Below, piece after piece: positions 8,497-18,581 of a DNA stretch of 64,000 bases. Both the position numbers and the translations under genes were made by a program. Under the pieces are notes generated by a model that saw only the letters and a program-made list of their open reading frames with translations, did not search any database and was not told the origin of the DNA. The first letter of the stretch is position 1, and each line of letters starts with the position of its first letter. This DNA is from an uncultured archaeon (GTDB lineage Archaea; Thermoproteota; Nitrososphaeria_A; Caldarchaeales; Wolframiiraptoraceae). The stretch spans positions 38,819 through 102,818 of the forward strand of contig CALKCF010000006.1 of assembly GCA_938083505.1 (NCBI GenBank). Direction: 5' to 3'.

Positions 8497-11400
8497 ATGG
8501 TTTACATTAAAAAATTATCGCTCCATGGCTTTAAGTCTTTTGGTCAAAGAAAGGTTACGTTTGAGCTACTTAAGGGTCTGATCGTAATCACCGGCCCAAA
8601 CGGTGGTGGTAAATCTAACGTACTTGATGCTATCAGGTTTGTAATGGGTGAGCTGAGCCCACATGCTTTAAGGGTGGGCAGACTCTCCGAGCTAGTTCAT
8701 GATGATGGCAAAGGAAGAGCAGCATACGCTAGAGTGTCAATAACTTTGGACAACTCAGAAAAAGCGCTACCTATAGAAGCGGATGAGGTTACGATAACTA
8801 GGAAGATCTACCAAAACGGTGAGAGCGAATATTACATAAATGGAAGGTCAGCATCAAGAGGAGAGCTGCTCATGTTACTTTCGGCCGCTAACATAAGATC
8901 TTCAGGCTACAACATATTACCCCAGGGTGCGATATTGAATATAGCTGAAATGAATCCCGATGATATGCGTAAGTTGATAGAAGATGTCGCGGGGATAGCA
9001 GAATATAATAGGAAAAAAGCTGAGGCTGAAGAGCAGCTTGCGCAAGCCGATAAGAACTTGGAGGTTGCTAAGGCCAGCACGAGCGAGGTTAGAGCCAGGG
9101 TTAAGCAACTCGAGAGGGAGAGGAACCAGTATCTTAGGAGGAGGAACGTAGAGGCGGAAATTGCTAAGCTCAAAACGCTTCAGTATAAACTGGAGATGGA
9201 AAAAATCTCTGAAGCTCTTAGGATGATGCAATCAAAAATCGCCAGTATAGCCGAGCAAGCTCATGCATTGGAAGAGATGAAACAGAAAGTATCCGCAAAA
9301 CTTGCTGAGTTTAACTCTAACTTACGGATAACAGAAAATGAGATGTCCGAAATAGAACGAAGATTGTCAGAATTCGTAAAAGCACGACAAGAAACGTTTG
9401 AGAAAATTGTGAAGTTAAGGCTCGATATAAAGGATTCAAAGAATCGTGTGGAAATTTTGGAGAAAGAATCCGCGCATTTGCAACAAAAGATTGTAGAGCT
9501 TGAATCCGCGACATCACTTTCCGAACAAGAGCTTAACGAGCTCGAGTTAAAGATCGCCAAGTGTTTAAGTGATAAGAAACAGTTGGAGGAGGAAGTCACA
9601 AAAATGTCTGATGAAGTAGATAGACTGAGAAGCGCTGCCAAGGAGCTTGAGAGGAAGCTAGAAGAGGTCAAGTTCTTAAAGATTAAGGAGGAAAGAGCAC
9701 GCTCTGAAGTATATTTAAAGTTAGAGAACATAAAGAACATTAAAGAGCAAATGGTGAGGGAAAAGGAAGAAGTATATGAGGAGATAATAACAACTAAGAA
9801 CAAAATTGCCGACATCGATGAAAAAATTGAAAAGCTGCTATCCGAGGTGCGCAACACAGAAGATACAGTGTCAAAGCTTAATCAAGAGTTAAGCAAGCAT
9901 ACACTCTTAATCGGACGTTACTCTGATATGTTAACACGTGCAGACGTTATCATTAACAAGGCTGAGGCGTTCATAACAGAGCTAAAGATACGATTAGCTT
10001 CCAAACCTGAAGACGAAGAATCGAAAAAGTTTGAAGAATTTGTTAGAATACTGGCTGATAAATTCGTTGACGGCGTTATCGGAACTTTAGGTAGCATCGT
10101 CAAATCCTTGCCAGAATACAACGAAAAGCTTGACATGATTATCGATGAGTGGACAGATGCCATCGTGACAGAGAATTATGCCGTGACTCGGTTTTTATCC
10201 GAAATGTTTACATCCCTAAATTTTAAGGGCAAGTTGTTAACATTAAATGGCAACACAGCCGAAACTGGTAGTGATAATTTAGGAAAATTTCAAGCATGGG
10301 TTAGGGAACATATAGAATTTGTTAACGATTTTGAGGTAGCGTACAAGAAGACAGTAAACGGTAAGATTGTTGTTCTGGATAAAGGAATGGTTTGTTATCC
10401 TGGTGGTTTCGTTAAAGTCGTTGGGAGCGAGAAGAATAGGACAAACACTTTACGTGCCGAGCTGGAAGATCTAGAATCTTATATTAAAACGGTAAAACTT
10501 AAACTGAATGAAGTGAGGTTAAAGCGTGATGAGCTTACAAAAAAGGTGGAATCGATTAGAAATGAAATTCAAAGACAACAAACAAAGCTTTCTTCTCTGG
10601 ATGCTGAGATTAAATCGCTTAATGCTGAGCGCAAATTATTGGAAAAATCCCTTTCACAATTAATGGCTAAGGAGAAGAGAATAAATGAACGGATTGATGC
10701 CCTCATCAAAGAAGAGGAGAATGTCAAGAAAAGACTGTCAGAGATTGTTAACGTTAAGCCTGCTGAGGATGAACTAAGACTAAAGATGGAGAAAGATTTT
10801 GATTTGATTTCATCAAAACTAAAACTCCTCGAATCGAAGTATACAGAATTGAAGGTACAGTTAGCCGAGAAGTCTACGACCCTTAAAAGTTTGGAAGAAT
10901 TAAAAAGAAAATTACTAAATTCGATAGCTAGGTATAAGTTGGAGATGGAATCGCTCACTCGTTCATTGGAGACGAATAAACTGAAGGTAGATGAGGAGGA
11001 AAAACTAAGAATCGAGCTCGAATCTAGGTTAAATTCATTAGAGGATGAGCTTCGTAGGTTAGACCAAGAAATTGAGAGCCTATCGGCAAAGCATAAGGAT
11101 ATGATTAAGATTAGGGATGAAATGAGACAAATGGTATCCATACAAACTGAGGAAGAAAGCAAGATATCTGAAAGATTAAAGGCATTATGGTCGGAGCAGC
11201 AAGAAGCAAAGCTTGAAAGCGTGAAGATAGAATCCCAGCTTCAAATGATAATGGAAAAATTGTCCGAGTTGGGCGATGTGGATGTGACAGAGCTATTGGC
11301 ACTCGAGCCTATGCTCAGAGAACAGATACTCATGAGCTTGGAGGCTGAAAGGGATGAGCTCTCCTCTGTGAACCAGCTGGCTCCGGAGCAATATGAGGCA

Positions 11401-11961
11401 TTAATTGGAAACTATAAACTCAGGTCCGTTAGAATAAGCGAGTTGGAGTTGGAAAGACAGGAGATAATCAACTTTATAAAGATGGTCGAGGAGGAGAAAT
11501 TGAGGGCTTTCTTCACAACGATGGAAAAAGTTTCTGAGAAGTTTGCGGCATACTTTAACAGGCTTACGAATGGTGTGGCTTGGCTTAGGCTTGTAGATGA
11601 GACAAAGCCGAGTGATTCTGGCGTTGAGGTTATAGTACAGTTTCCTGGAAAACCGCAGCGTTCTTTAAGAAGCGTTAGCGGTGGTGAGAGATCTGTTGCA
11701 GCCGTATCGCTTCTGATGGCACTACAGGGCCTCACACCCGCTGACTTTTACATCTTTGATGAGGTAGACGCTCATATGGATGTAGCCTACACTGTTGCGC
11801 TGGCTGAGCTGCTAAAGGAAATGTCGAAGAAGACGCAGATAATCATCGTAAGCCTCAAAGATGTGTTGGCCGAAAAGGCTGACCAACTCATCGGCGTTTA
11901 TATAGACAGAGGCGAATCTAGAATAATTAAGACAAAGTTGGAGGACGTTGCGGTTGACTGA
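8497..11961 (+). CDS. smc: Chromosome segregation protein SMC
   Basis: 1154 aa. N-terminal Walker A GPNGGGKSN, long coiled coils with a central hinge, C-terminal signature LSGGERSVAAVSLLMAL and Walker B IFDEVDAHMD. Confidence 0.9.
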   Translation: MVYIKKLSLHGFKSFGQRKVTFELLKGLIVITGPNGGGKSNVLDAIRFVMGELSPHALRVGRLSELVHDDGKGRAAYARVSITLDNSEKALPIEADEVTITRKIYQNGESEYYINGRSASRGELLMLLSAANIRSSGYNILPQGAILNIAEMNPDDMRKLIEDVAGIAEYNRKKAEAEEQLAQADKNLEVAKASTSEVRARVKQLERERNQYLRRRNVEAEIAKLKTLQYKLEMEKISEALRMMQSKIASIAEQAHALEEMKQKVSAKLAEFNSNLRITENEMSEIERRLSEFVKARQETFEKIVKLRLDIKDSKNRVEILEKESAHLQQKIVELESATSLSEQELNELELKIAKCLSDKKQLEEEVTKMSDEVDRLRSAAKELERKLEEVKFLKIKEERARSEVYLKLENIKNIKEQMVREKEEVYEEIITTKNKIADIDEKIEKLLSEVRNTEDTVSKLNQELSKHTLLIGRYSDMLTRADVIINKAEAFITELKIRLASKPEDEESKKFEEFVRILADKFVDGVIGTLGSIVKSLPEYNEKLDMIIDEWTDAIVTENYAVTRFLSEMFTSLNFKGKLLTLNGNTAETGSDNLGKFQAWVREHIEFVNDFEVAYKKTVNGKIVVLDKGMVCYPGGFVKVVGSEKNRTNTLRAELEDLESYIKTVKLKLNEVRLKRDELTKKVESIRNEIQRQQTKLSSLDAEIKSLNAERKLLEKSLSQLMAKEKRINERIDALIKEEENVKKRLSEIVNVKPAEDELRLKMEKDFDLISSKLKLLESKYTELKVQLAEKSTTLKSLEELKRKLLNSIARYKLEMESLTRSLETNKLKVDEEEKLRIELESRLNSLEDELRRLDQEIESLSAKHKDMIKIRDEMRQMVSIQTEEESKISERLKALWSEQQEAKLESVKIESQLQMIMEKLSELGDVDVTELLALEPMLREQILMSLEAERDELSSVNQLAPEQYEALIGNYKLRSVRISELELERQEIINFIKMVEEEKLRAFFTTMEKVSEKFAAYFNRLTNGVAWLRLVDETKPSDSGVEVIVQFPGKPQRSLRSVSGGERSVAAVSLLMALQGLTPADFYIFDEVDAHMDVAYTVALAELLKEMSKKTQIIIVSLKDVLAEKADQLIGVYIDRGESRIIKTKLEDVAVD

Positions 11962-12604
11962 CATAGAATACGAAAGAATTCAATGGGTTAGGTCTCCATG
12001 GCGCGTACTCTTCGACATTACAAACTGGGATAAATTAAGAGTTTGGGAGGTCAACTTAAGGGAATTGCTTAGGTCTTTACTCATGGTGCTGAAAAGAAAG
12101 GAAGTGTTTGATTTTATTTCTTCAGGAATTGTAGTATACTCTGCAGCAACACTACATAGAATGAAGACAGAGAGATTACTCGCCGCTGACGAAGTGCCTG
12201 TAATAAAACAAAAGCAAGAATACTTCATACCCCCTCCTATAGTTCCACCATTGAGGGGTGAATTCGTGACAACCACCATACTTGAGTTGATTGATGCTCT
12301 TAAGCGTGTACTATCAGAGCCGTCACCACAACCTAAGCAAGACACCATTGAACAACAGCAACTGAACATTGAAGATTTTATAATAAAAATCGAGGAGAAG
12401 ATTGAGGAGTTTTACATTTTTATAAAAGAGGTGTTAAAAAACAAGGGAACCATAACGCTAGATGAGGTCATGAGCGGTGTTGATAGATTAGAGGCTGTAA
12501 GACGTTTTATACTGCTCCTGTTTATTGCCTCAAGAGGTATGATCGCGATGACCGAAGATGATGATGGTAAAGTATTGATATCGTTAGGTGGTGCGCATGG
12601 ATGA
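11948..12604 (+). CDS. scpA: Segregation and condensation protein A (kleisin ScpA)
   Basis: Overlaps the smc stop by 14 nt. ScpA-like N-terminus (LRVWEVNLRELLRSLL) and C-terminal winged-helix region (GTITLDEVMSGVDRLEAVRRFILLLFIASRGMI). Confidence 0.75.
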   Translation: MRLTDIEYERIQWVRSPWRVLFDITNWDKLRVWEVNLRELLRSLLMVLKRKEVFDFISSGIVVYSAATLHRMKTERLLAADEVPVIKQKQEYFIPPPIVPPLRGEFVTTTILELIDALKRVLSEPSPQPKQDTIEQQQLNIEDFIIKIEEKIEEFYIFIKEVLKNKGTITLDEVMSGVDRLEAVRRFILLLFIASRGMIAMTEDDDGKVLISLGGAHG

Positions 12605-13133
12605 AAAAAGGATGGCTTGGATGAAAGCGGTTATTGAGTCGTTGCTTTATGCATCTGACAAGCCGGTTGAGCTAAAAAGACTCATGGATGCTGTAGGCAC
12701 TACTTCAAAAAGCATAATTAAGGAAATCATAAACGAAATATCTGCCGAATATGAGAACTCCAACCACCCATTTAGGATTAAAAAACTAGAAGGCGATAGG
12801 TATTTTTTGTGTTTAGCATCAGAGTACTCAAATATAGTTAGGAAGCATGTGAAGAAACCACTTTTGAGCATGGCACTGCTTAAAACATTATCATTCATTG
12901 CATACCATCAGCCGGTAAGCCAGGCCGTTCTGGTAGCGGCTAGAGGAAAGGAGGCGTATAAACATGTTAAGCAATTAATTGAGAAGGGGTTGGTTGAGGC
13001 GGAAAAATCCGGTAGAACTCTCCTACTCAAGACTACCCAACTGTTTGCAGACTATTTTAACCTCAAGAACGATCCCCGAGAAATAAGAAAATATATAGAG
13101 GGGTTGCTGGAAAAAAGCTCTAGTAAAAGTTAA
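12588..13133 (+). CDS. scpB: Segregation and condensation protein B (ScpB)
   Basis: KAVIESLLYASDKPVELKRL is the ScpB N-terminal motif. GTG at 12588 or ATG at 12597; overlaps scpA. Confidence 0.8.
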   Translation: MVRMDEKRMAWMKAVIESLLYASDKPVELKRLMDAVGTTSKSIIKEIINEISAEYENSNHPFRIKKLEGDRYFLCLASEYSNIVRKHVKKPLLSMALLKTLSFIAYHQPVSQAVLVAARGKEAYKHVKQLIEKGLVEAEKSGRTLLLKTTQLFADYFNLKNDPREIRKYIEGLLEKSSSKS

Positions 13134-13160
13134 AAACTCCTTCTGTTTAAAGGAAGGAGC

Positions 13161-13553
13161 ATGGTACAGTGGCACACTGATATACATAAACGAAAGCCAA
13201 CCGGTGGTAAAAAAGTCCCGTACAGGAAGAAGAGGAGATATGAACGTGGAGGAGAGCCGACGTTAACCCTAATAGGTGATAGAAGGATAAAGATTAAAGA
13301 TACTTTTGGTGGGGGAATTAAGATAGCAGTTGTTTCTGACAACGCAGTAAACGTTTACAACCCAATCACAAAAAGAGTTGAGAGGACTATTATAATCCGT
13401 GTCAAATCCAACCCTTCAAACAAAGACTACGAAAGAAGGGGTGTGATCACTAAGGGCTCGATCGTCGAAACGCCACTTGGGGATGCAAAGGTTACATCAA
13501 GACCCGGTAGTGACGGTGTTATAAATGCGGTCCTGATAACCCCTGCCGGTTAA
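13161..13553 (+). CDS. rps8e: 30S ribosomal protein S8e
   Basis: MVQWHTDIHKRKPTGGKK... is the conserved S8e N-terminus. SD GGAAGGAG upstream. Confidence 0.85.
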   Translation: MVQWHTDIHKRKPTGGKKVPYRKKRRYERGGEPTLTLIGDRRIKIKDTFGGGIKIAVVSDNAVNVYNPITKRVERTIIIRVKSNPSNKDYERRGVITKGSIVETPLGDAKVTSRPGSDGVINAVLITPAG

Positions 13554-13574
13554 TCTCATGATAGGGTAGAAAAA

Positions 13575-13880
13575 GTGGTGTTCAGCATGATCAGGCGTGA
13601 AGGCTTCATAATATGGCCCGCGTACTTTGATAGGTCGCTTAGTCGGGGGGAGGGTAGAAGGGTTCCATTACGACTTTCGTCAAGGTCGCCAACGGTTGAA
13701 AGATTGAGTAAGGTTGCTCAGAAGCTTGGATGGTACATCAAAATTGAGGTTGCTGCCTATCCTAAAACGCATTGGAAAAAAACAGGAAGGCTCATAGTTA
13801 AGCCAGACAAACCATTAAGCAAACAATCCGTCATTAGAGTTTTAGCACATGAGTTATTAAGGCAAGAAACTAAAGAATAA
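13575..13880 (+). CDS. srp19: Signal recognition particle protein SRP19
   Basis: IIWPAYFDRSLSRGEGRRVP matches the conserved SRP19 core. Confidence 0.8.
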   Translation: MVFSMIRREGFIIWPAYFDRSLSRGEGRRVPLRLSSRSPTVERLSKVAQKLGWYIKIEVAAYPKTHWKKTGRLIVKPDKPLSKQSVIRVLAHELLRQETKE

Positions 13881-13915
13881 AAAATCTTAAATGTAAGCAG
13901 TTATAAATACTAGGT

Positions 13916-14155
13916 ATGTCTAAGCTTAAACATGGACCTCTACTTTTAGGTACTCTTCTTCACAGTATAGATAACGAGCTTGTATTGAAGGGAAAGATTG
14001 TTCCAAAACCAGGAGTTAAAGTTTACGATGAGGAGCTTAAACATGTTGGCTACGTTTCAAACGTTTTTGGACCAGTCAATTCGCACTTTGTGACCATAAA
14101 GTTTACAACTGAGAGGCAATATTCACAGGGTTCAAAATTTTACATTATGGAGTGA
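13916..14155 (+). CDS. gar1: H/ACA ribonucleoprotein component Gar1
   Basis: GKIVPKPGVKVYDEELKHVGYVSNVFGPVNSHFVTIKF is the Gar1 beta-barrel signature. Conserved position upstream of tfb. Confidence 0.85.
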   Translation: MSKLKHGPLLLGTLLHSIDNELVLKGKIVPKPGVKVYDEELKHVGYVSNVFGPVNSHFVTIKFTTERQYSQGSKFYIME

Positions 14156-14161
14156 ATTTTT

Positions 14162-15091
14162 TTGTCACGGGTTGTGCATGACGAAACGGCAACAAGATGT
14201 CCTGAGTGTGGTAGCTCGAATCTATTGTTTGATAAGTCTAGCGGCGAAGTCGTTTGTGTGGATTGCGGCTTTGTTATAGTTAACGTCACAGCAGACTTAG
14301 GACCAGAATGGAGAAGTTTTGACCAAGATAAGGATGGAAAAAGGACGCGAGTAGGTGCTCCGATAACTTTAGTCATGTACGATCTGGGTCTTTCGACCAA
14401 GATAGGATGTAGGGATGTAAAAGGTAAGAACATTTCGGAACTGCAGGCTGGAGTATTATCCGTTATTAAGAAATGTGAGAAAAGGACAATGATAAACGGT
14501 GCCGCAAGAAGCTCCATAAGGGGTCTATCAGAGATTGCAACTATATGTCTGAAGTTAGGTCTGCCGACAAACGTGATGGAAACGGCGAGCCTCATATACA
14601 GAAAATTAGTAAAGAGGAGTGTGATGCGTGGCAGGTCCATAAGAAACACGGCAGCCGCTACTGTTTACCTAGCTTGTAAGCAATGCGGTATTCCTAGGAT
14701 GCTAAGCGAGATAGCTATGGCATTAAATTTAAATAAAAAGGAGATAATGAAATGTTACCGATTCCTTATTAACAAATTGAACATAACATCACCTTCATCG
14801 GATACCAAACTGTACGTTTCAAGGTTTGTTAATAATTTTAAGATAAGGGGTGACGTTGAGAGGCTGGCAATCGAGATGCTGGAACATGCAAGGACGTGCG
14901 GCCTAATAGATGGTAGAGGCCCTGTAGGTCTGGCAGCAGCTGCGACATATTTGGCTGCAACCCTTATGGGTTACAAGCTAACTCAACGAGAAGTTGCCGA
15001 GGTTGCGAAGGTGACCGAAGTAACCATTAGGAACAGGTATAAGGAGTTGTTGGAAAATACTAGAATATATCTCGAGCTGGAGGTCGAATAG
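14162..15091 (+). CDS. tfb: Transcription initiation factor IIB (TFB)
   Basis: N-terminal zinc ribbon CPECGSSNLLFDKSSGEVVCVDCG, followed by two cyclin-fold repeats. Confidence 0.9.
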   Translation: MSRVVHDETATRCPECGSSNLLFDKSSGEVVCVDCGFVIVNVTADLGPEWRSFDQDKDGKRTRVGAPITLVMYDLGLSTKIGCRDVKGKNISELQAGVLSVIKKCEKRTMINGAARSSIRGLSEIATICLKLGLPTNVMETASLIYRKLVKRSVMRGRSIRNTAAATVYLACKQCGIPRMLSEIAMALNLNKKEIMKCYRFLINKLNITSPSSDTKLYVSRFVNNFKIRGDVERLAIEMLEHARTCGLIDGRGPVGLAAAATYLAATLMGYKLTQREVAEVAKVTEVTIRNRYKELLENTRIYLELEVE

Positions 15092-15185
15092 TGTTTAAAT
15101 ATTACTAACAAAAATATCTATATTATTGAAGTAGTTTTAGGATAAAAATCCAGTTTAATAATATACGAAATGCGGTGTAATAAGA

Positions 15186-15557
15186 ATGCAGATGAAGATG
15201 ACAAAACTTGAAGAGCGGGCAATAAAGCTTTTGCTGAAGTATGAGGATAGGGGCATACTCCAATCTGAACTCTGGCATAAGCTCGGTGTTACAAGTAGAG
15301 AAGGTTCTAGGATAGCGATAAAATTGGAAAAGAAAGGAATAGTAAAGCGGGTTAAGGAGTTTGCAAATGATAGATGGACAAGAAGACTAGTCCCCCTGAT
15401 AAAGCAACTGAGTATCGACCCCATCAAAGGAGCCCCATGCCCCTCGTGTGCGCATGAGAACGCATGCGGTTTGGATAGGATGGTGACACCTTACACATGT
15501 GTGCGGTTAGAGGAATGGATACTTGGGCAAAATCCTTCCCTAGCTGGTCAGGTTTAA
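15186..15557 (+). CDS. Putative winged-helix DNA-binding protein with a C-terminal Cys cluster
   Basis: 123 aa. wHTH-like LQSELWHKLGVTSREGSRIAIKLEKKGIV. C-terminal CPSCAHENAC...YTC. Confidence 0.45.
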   Translation: MQMKMTKLEERAIKLLLKYEDRGILQSELWHKLGVTSREGSRIAIKLEKKGIVKRVKEFANDRWTRRLVPLIKQLSIDPIKGAPCPSCAHENACGLDRMVTPYTCVRLEEWILGQNPSLAGQV

Positions 15558-15561
15558 TAAG

Positions 15562-16161
15562 ATGCTTAGAAAACACCCTTCTAGGAATCATTACACTACG
15601 CTGGCAAAAAAGCTAGGACTATTTTCAAGAGCAGCATTTAAGCTCCAGCATGTGCAGAAGAGGTACGGTTTTCTAAAACCAGGCGATAAGGTCATAATAT
15701 TAGGCTCGGCACCTGGAGGGATGACACAATTAGCGGCCAAGTATGTCGGTCCACGAGGTCTCGTTGTCGCCGTGGACGTGAAACCCCAAGATTTGAAGAT
15801 TGCGAACAACGTCATAAACATGATCTCGGACGTTCTTGACCCTAACATAATCGAAAGGATAAAGGAAGCGTTGAAGGGCGAGCTAGCCGATAAGTTGATA
15901 TCAGATTTGGCACCGAATTTAACGGGCATTAAAGAAATAGACATACCGAAACAGCTTGAACTTGTCGAATCTACCCTAAGGATAGCAGGTGAGCTACTCC
16001 GTAAAGGTGGCGATCTTTATCTAAAACTTTTTGAAAGCCCTGAGGTGAAAGACATTGAGAAGAGTTTACGTCATAGTTTTCAAAAGGTTAAGCGGATCGT
16101 TCCGATAGCCACTAGAAAACATAGCTCCGAGATATTTCTATTGGCGTTAGATAAAAAATGA
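15562..16161 (+). CDS. rlmE: rRNA 2'-O-methyltransferase RlmE/FtsJ
   Basis: RAAFKLQHVQKRYGFLKPGDKVIILGSAPGGMTQ matches the FtsJ SAM-binding signature. Confidence 0.8.
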   Translation: MLRKHPSRNHYTTLAKKLGLFSRAAFKLQHVQKRYGFLKPGDKVIILGSAPGGMTQLAAKYVGPRGLVVAVDVKPQDLKIANNVINMISDVLDPNIIERIKEALKGELADKLISDLAPNLTGIKEIDIPKQLELVESTLRIAGELLRKGGDLYLKLFESPEVKDIEKSLRHSFQKVKRIVPIATRKHSSEIFLLALDKK

Positions 16162-16175
16162 AGCAATTCTTTTGA

Positions 16176-17378
16176 TTAAGCTTCAGATGATGTAAGTTTG
16201 AGAAAGACACGTTCAATAACCTCACGTGGAGCATCGGTCTTAAAGCCCTGTCCGTCGAAGTGCGTTAGTGATGCATTAAAGCCAAGAGAATGAAGCCTAT
16301 CCACAACATCAGCAGGTTTTGGTACCCTTGACTTAAGCCTCTTGCCGATCTCGTCAACCCTATAGTAAAATGGGACAGTCTGGAGCTCGTCTGAAATCTT
16401 TCTCAGCAAATTGTAGGCATCCTTCATGTCGGCCTCATACACAATCCCTAACATCTTTAAGGCAAAGTCCTTGGAGGTCAACTCTCCGAGCCATAAAGGG
16501 CCGAAAACCCTCGGGTTTGACTTGCAAACTTCGCATAGTTTAAAGGGCTCGAAGTAGCTCGACCACTGGATGTTGCCGCATGATTTGCATTCAAACATCC
16601 ATCCGATGTTCTTAAATGATTCTTTGGCCAACGTCTTGCCATAGGTTAGCCTCACGAACGTCCTGATGTAATGCCTTCTGTAAAAAGTCAAAACCGGAGA
16701 GATACCCATCCCGACCCTTGCTGCAGTCCGTGTCACAAAGCCCACCAAAATCCTCGCAGCCATTTCCTTTGAGTACGGTGACATGTAGGGCATGGCATCG
16801 TACTTTCTAATGCATGAAGGAACATCCGTTCCGCAAAGGGATGCTAAATCAGTCGCCGTAACGCCAAGCAAACCGCCGCTTTGGCACGAACGTATTGCAT
16901 TCTCGAGGAAGGGTGCAGGCGAACCTGCAGGGTCAACATCCACGTAGTCAAACCTAAGCCTTTTGGAGGAGTGCGCCGCAAGGAATGCGTTAGCATCAAG
17001 GTTGTAAACTTCAGTTATATCCGTCAAGCCTGCCATCTCCACGTTCTTCCTCATCAAAGAGTAAGCAAACTTGTTTATGTCGTTCAGAACGAGCTTTGAG
17101 ACGGTTCCCGTCTCAACGGTTATCCTTATACCCCTGACGCCACAACCAGCCAAGGGTTCGCAGATCCTTATGCCCTTCCTATCAAAGTACGCCCTGACGG
17201 CCAGGACGGCCATATCGCGTGATAGCTTAGAATGCGGGTTAAAGAAGACAGGCATACCGCTCGGCGAAACAGCCTTCTCCCAACCTTCTGGGAGAACCGG
17301 AGCTAAGAACCTAACCTTTCCTTCATCGTAAACCATAGTTGGAAATTCCAGACCTTTCTCATCCAACTTGCGAGCCAC
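16176..17378 (-). CDS. trm1: tRNA (guanine26-N2)-dimethyltransferase Trm1
   Basis: VFFNPHSKLSRDMAVLAV matches the Trm1 N-terminal motif. 400 aa with a C-terminal Cys cluster. Confidence 0.8.
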   Translation of the reverse strand: MARKLDEKGLEFPTMVYDEGKVRFLAPVLPEGWEKAVSPSGMPVFFNPHSKLSRDMAVLAVRAYFDRKGIRICEPLAGCGVRGIRITVETGTVSKLVLNDINKFAYSLMRKNVEMAGLTDITEVYNLDANAFLAAHSSKRLRFDYVDVDPAGSPAPFLENAIRSCQSGGLLGVTATDLASLCGTDVPSCIRKYDAMPYMSPYSKEMAARILVGFVTRTAARVGMGISPVLTFYRRHYIRTFVRLTYGKTLAKESFKNIGWMFECKSCGNIQWSSYFEPFKLCEVCKSNPRVFGPLWLGELTSKDFALKMLGIVYEADMKDAYNLLRKISDELQTVPFYYRVDEIGKRLKSRVPKPADVVDRLHSLGFNASLTHFDGQGFKTDAPREVIERVFLKLTSSEA

Positions 17379-17919
17379 CCCTTAGTATACTCTTGATATT
17401 ATCCGCCAGCTCCGCAGGCAGCTTATCCCGGTTGTCAGGAGTCACCACTATGCTCTTTCCACCAACGAGCTTCCTTATCTCACCGAGTAGCTCATCGCTC
17501 GCCCTATGGTGTATCGTAAGAACGATAGGTTTGTCTTTAGCTAAAAGCTTCCTCACGGCCTCTTTGAATCTATGGCTCTTTAGCTCCATCGGCCCAACCT
17601 CGTCCACGACAACGACGTCGAATTTGTTGACTGATTCTATAGCCCTGACACCGAATTCCTCTAAGCCCTTCAAGTTGACCACATACTTGCCAACCCTCGG
17701 TCCAGAACCGTAACCTACCCAAGCTAGCTTACCGACCCTACCTGTGGCAATGTCCACTATCTCGAACCCTACCCTAATCCCAGAAGACCTAACTTCCCTT
17801 GTATATATCCCTCCTACGCTGAACCCCATGCGTTTCAGAATCTCGACGAGTTTTAATACAATGGTCGTCTTGCCGCTACCCGGAGCTCCCGTGATTACGA
17901 ACAACTTTTCGACGCCCAT
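17359..17919 (-). CDS. Nucleoside-triphosphatase, THEP1 family
   Basis: LFVITGAPGSGKTT Walker A and DEVGPMEL Walker B; about 186 aa. Confidence 0.75.
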   Translation of the reverse strand: MGVEKLFVITGAPGSGKTTIVLKLVEILKRMGFSVGGIYTREVRSSGIRVGFEIVDIATGRVGKLAWVGYGSGPRVGKYVVNLKGLEEFGVRAIESVNKFDVVVVDEVGPMELKSHRFKEAVRKLLAKDKPIVLTIHHRASDELLGEIRKLVGGKSIVVTPDNRDKLPAELADNIKSILRGGSQVG

Positions 17920-17922
17920 AAA

Positions 17923-18579
17923 CTACACATCTCCAAAACCGTCCAGCTTTTTTTGTAATAATTTATCGATAGTCCTCCACCCTTTCCTTACGCAGGATGG
18001 GACCTCGCCTTTGTCCCTTAGGCATCTACTTATGAAATCGATAGTTCTCTTGTCCGAGGAATACCCGGAGCCTAAATTCCCGTAGACCTCTGACAACTTT
18101 GCTATTATAGCATCTCTTTTTACTTTTGCAAGGATCGAGGCGGCCGCAACGATCTCGTAGCGGGAGTCCGCCTTATGCTCACATATGATTCGGGGTGAGT
18201 AGTCTAGCATTGCCAAAATCCTTTCTGCATACCTGGCAGGCTTTATGTCCGGAGAATCTATATACACTACGTCCGGCCTGAGGTTCTTTATGATTTCTGC
18301 CGCCGCATTTACCTCCAGCATGTTTATGCTAAGTCCGGACCTCCTCCTTAGATACCTGTCCACCTCAGCGGCATCCAAGACGACATCGTAAACTCTAATG
18401 TTCATGTTCAAGATTTTTTGGTAAAGCGTCTCTCTCGATCTCTTACTCAAGCTTTTTGAATCCCTGACATCCATTTCCTTTAGTAATGAAGTATCCTTCT
18501 CGTGTATCGATATGCCTAAGACCACCAAAGGTCCGATTACCGAGCCCCTACCAGCTTCATCTATACCACAGACAATCAT
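17923..18579 (-). CDS. rnhB: Ribonuclease HII
   Basis: MIVCGIDEAGRGSVIGPLVV is the RNase HII N-terminal catalytic motif. Confidence 0.9.
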   Translation of the reverse strand: MIVCGIDEAGRGSVIGPLVVLGISIHEKDTSLLKEMDVRDSKSLSKRSRETLYQKILNMNIRVYDVVLDAAEVDRYLRRRSGLSINMLEVNAAAEIIKNLRPDVVYIDSPDIKPARYAERILAMLDYSPRIICEHKADSRYEIVAAASILAKVKRDAIIAKLSEVYGNLGSGYSSDKRTIDFISRCLRDKGEVPSCVRKGWRTIDKLLQKKLDGFGDV

Positions 18580-18581
18580 TT

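Noticed and set aside
8907-11735. Many long antisense and alternative-frame ORFs inside smc, up to 198 aa and serine- or leucine-rich
   Set aside because: These are low-complexity translations of the opposite strand of a coiled-coil gene rich in GAA/AAG codons. They have no motifs or start context. smc fully accounts for the region.
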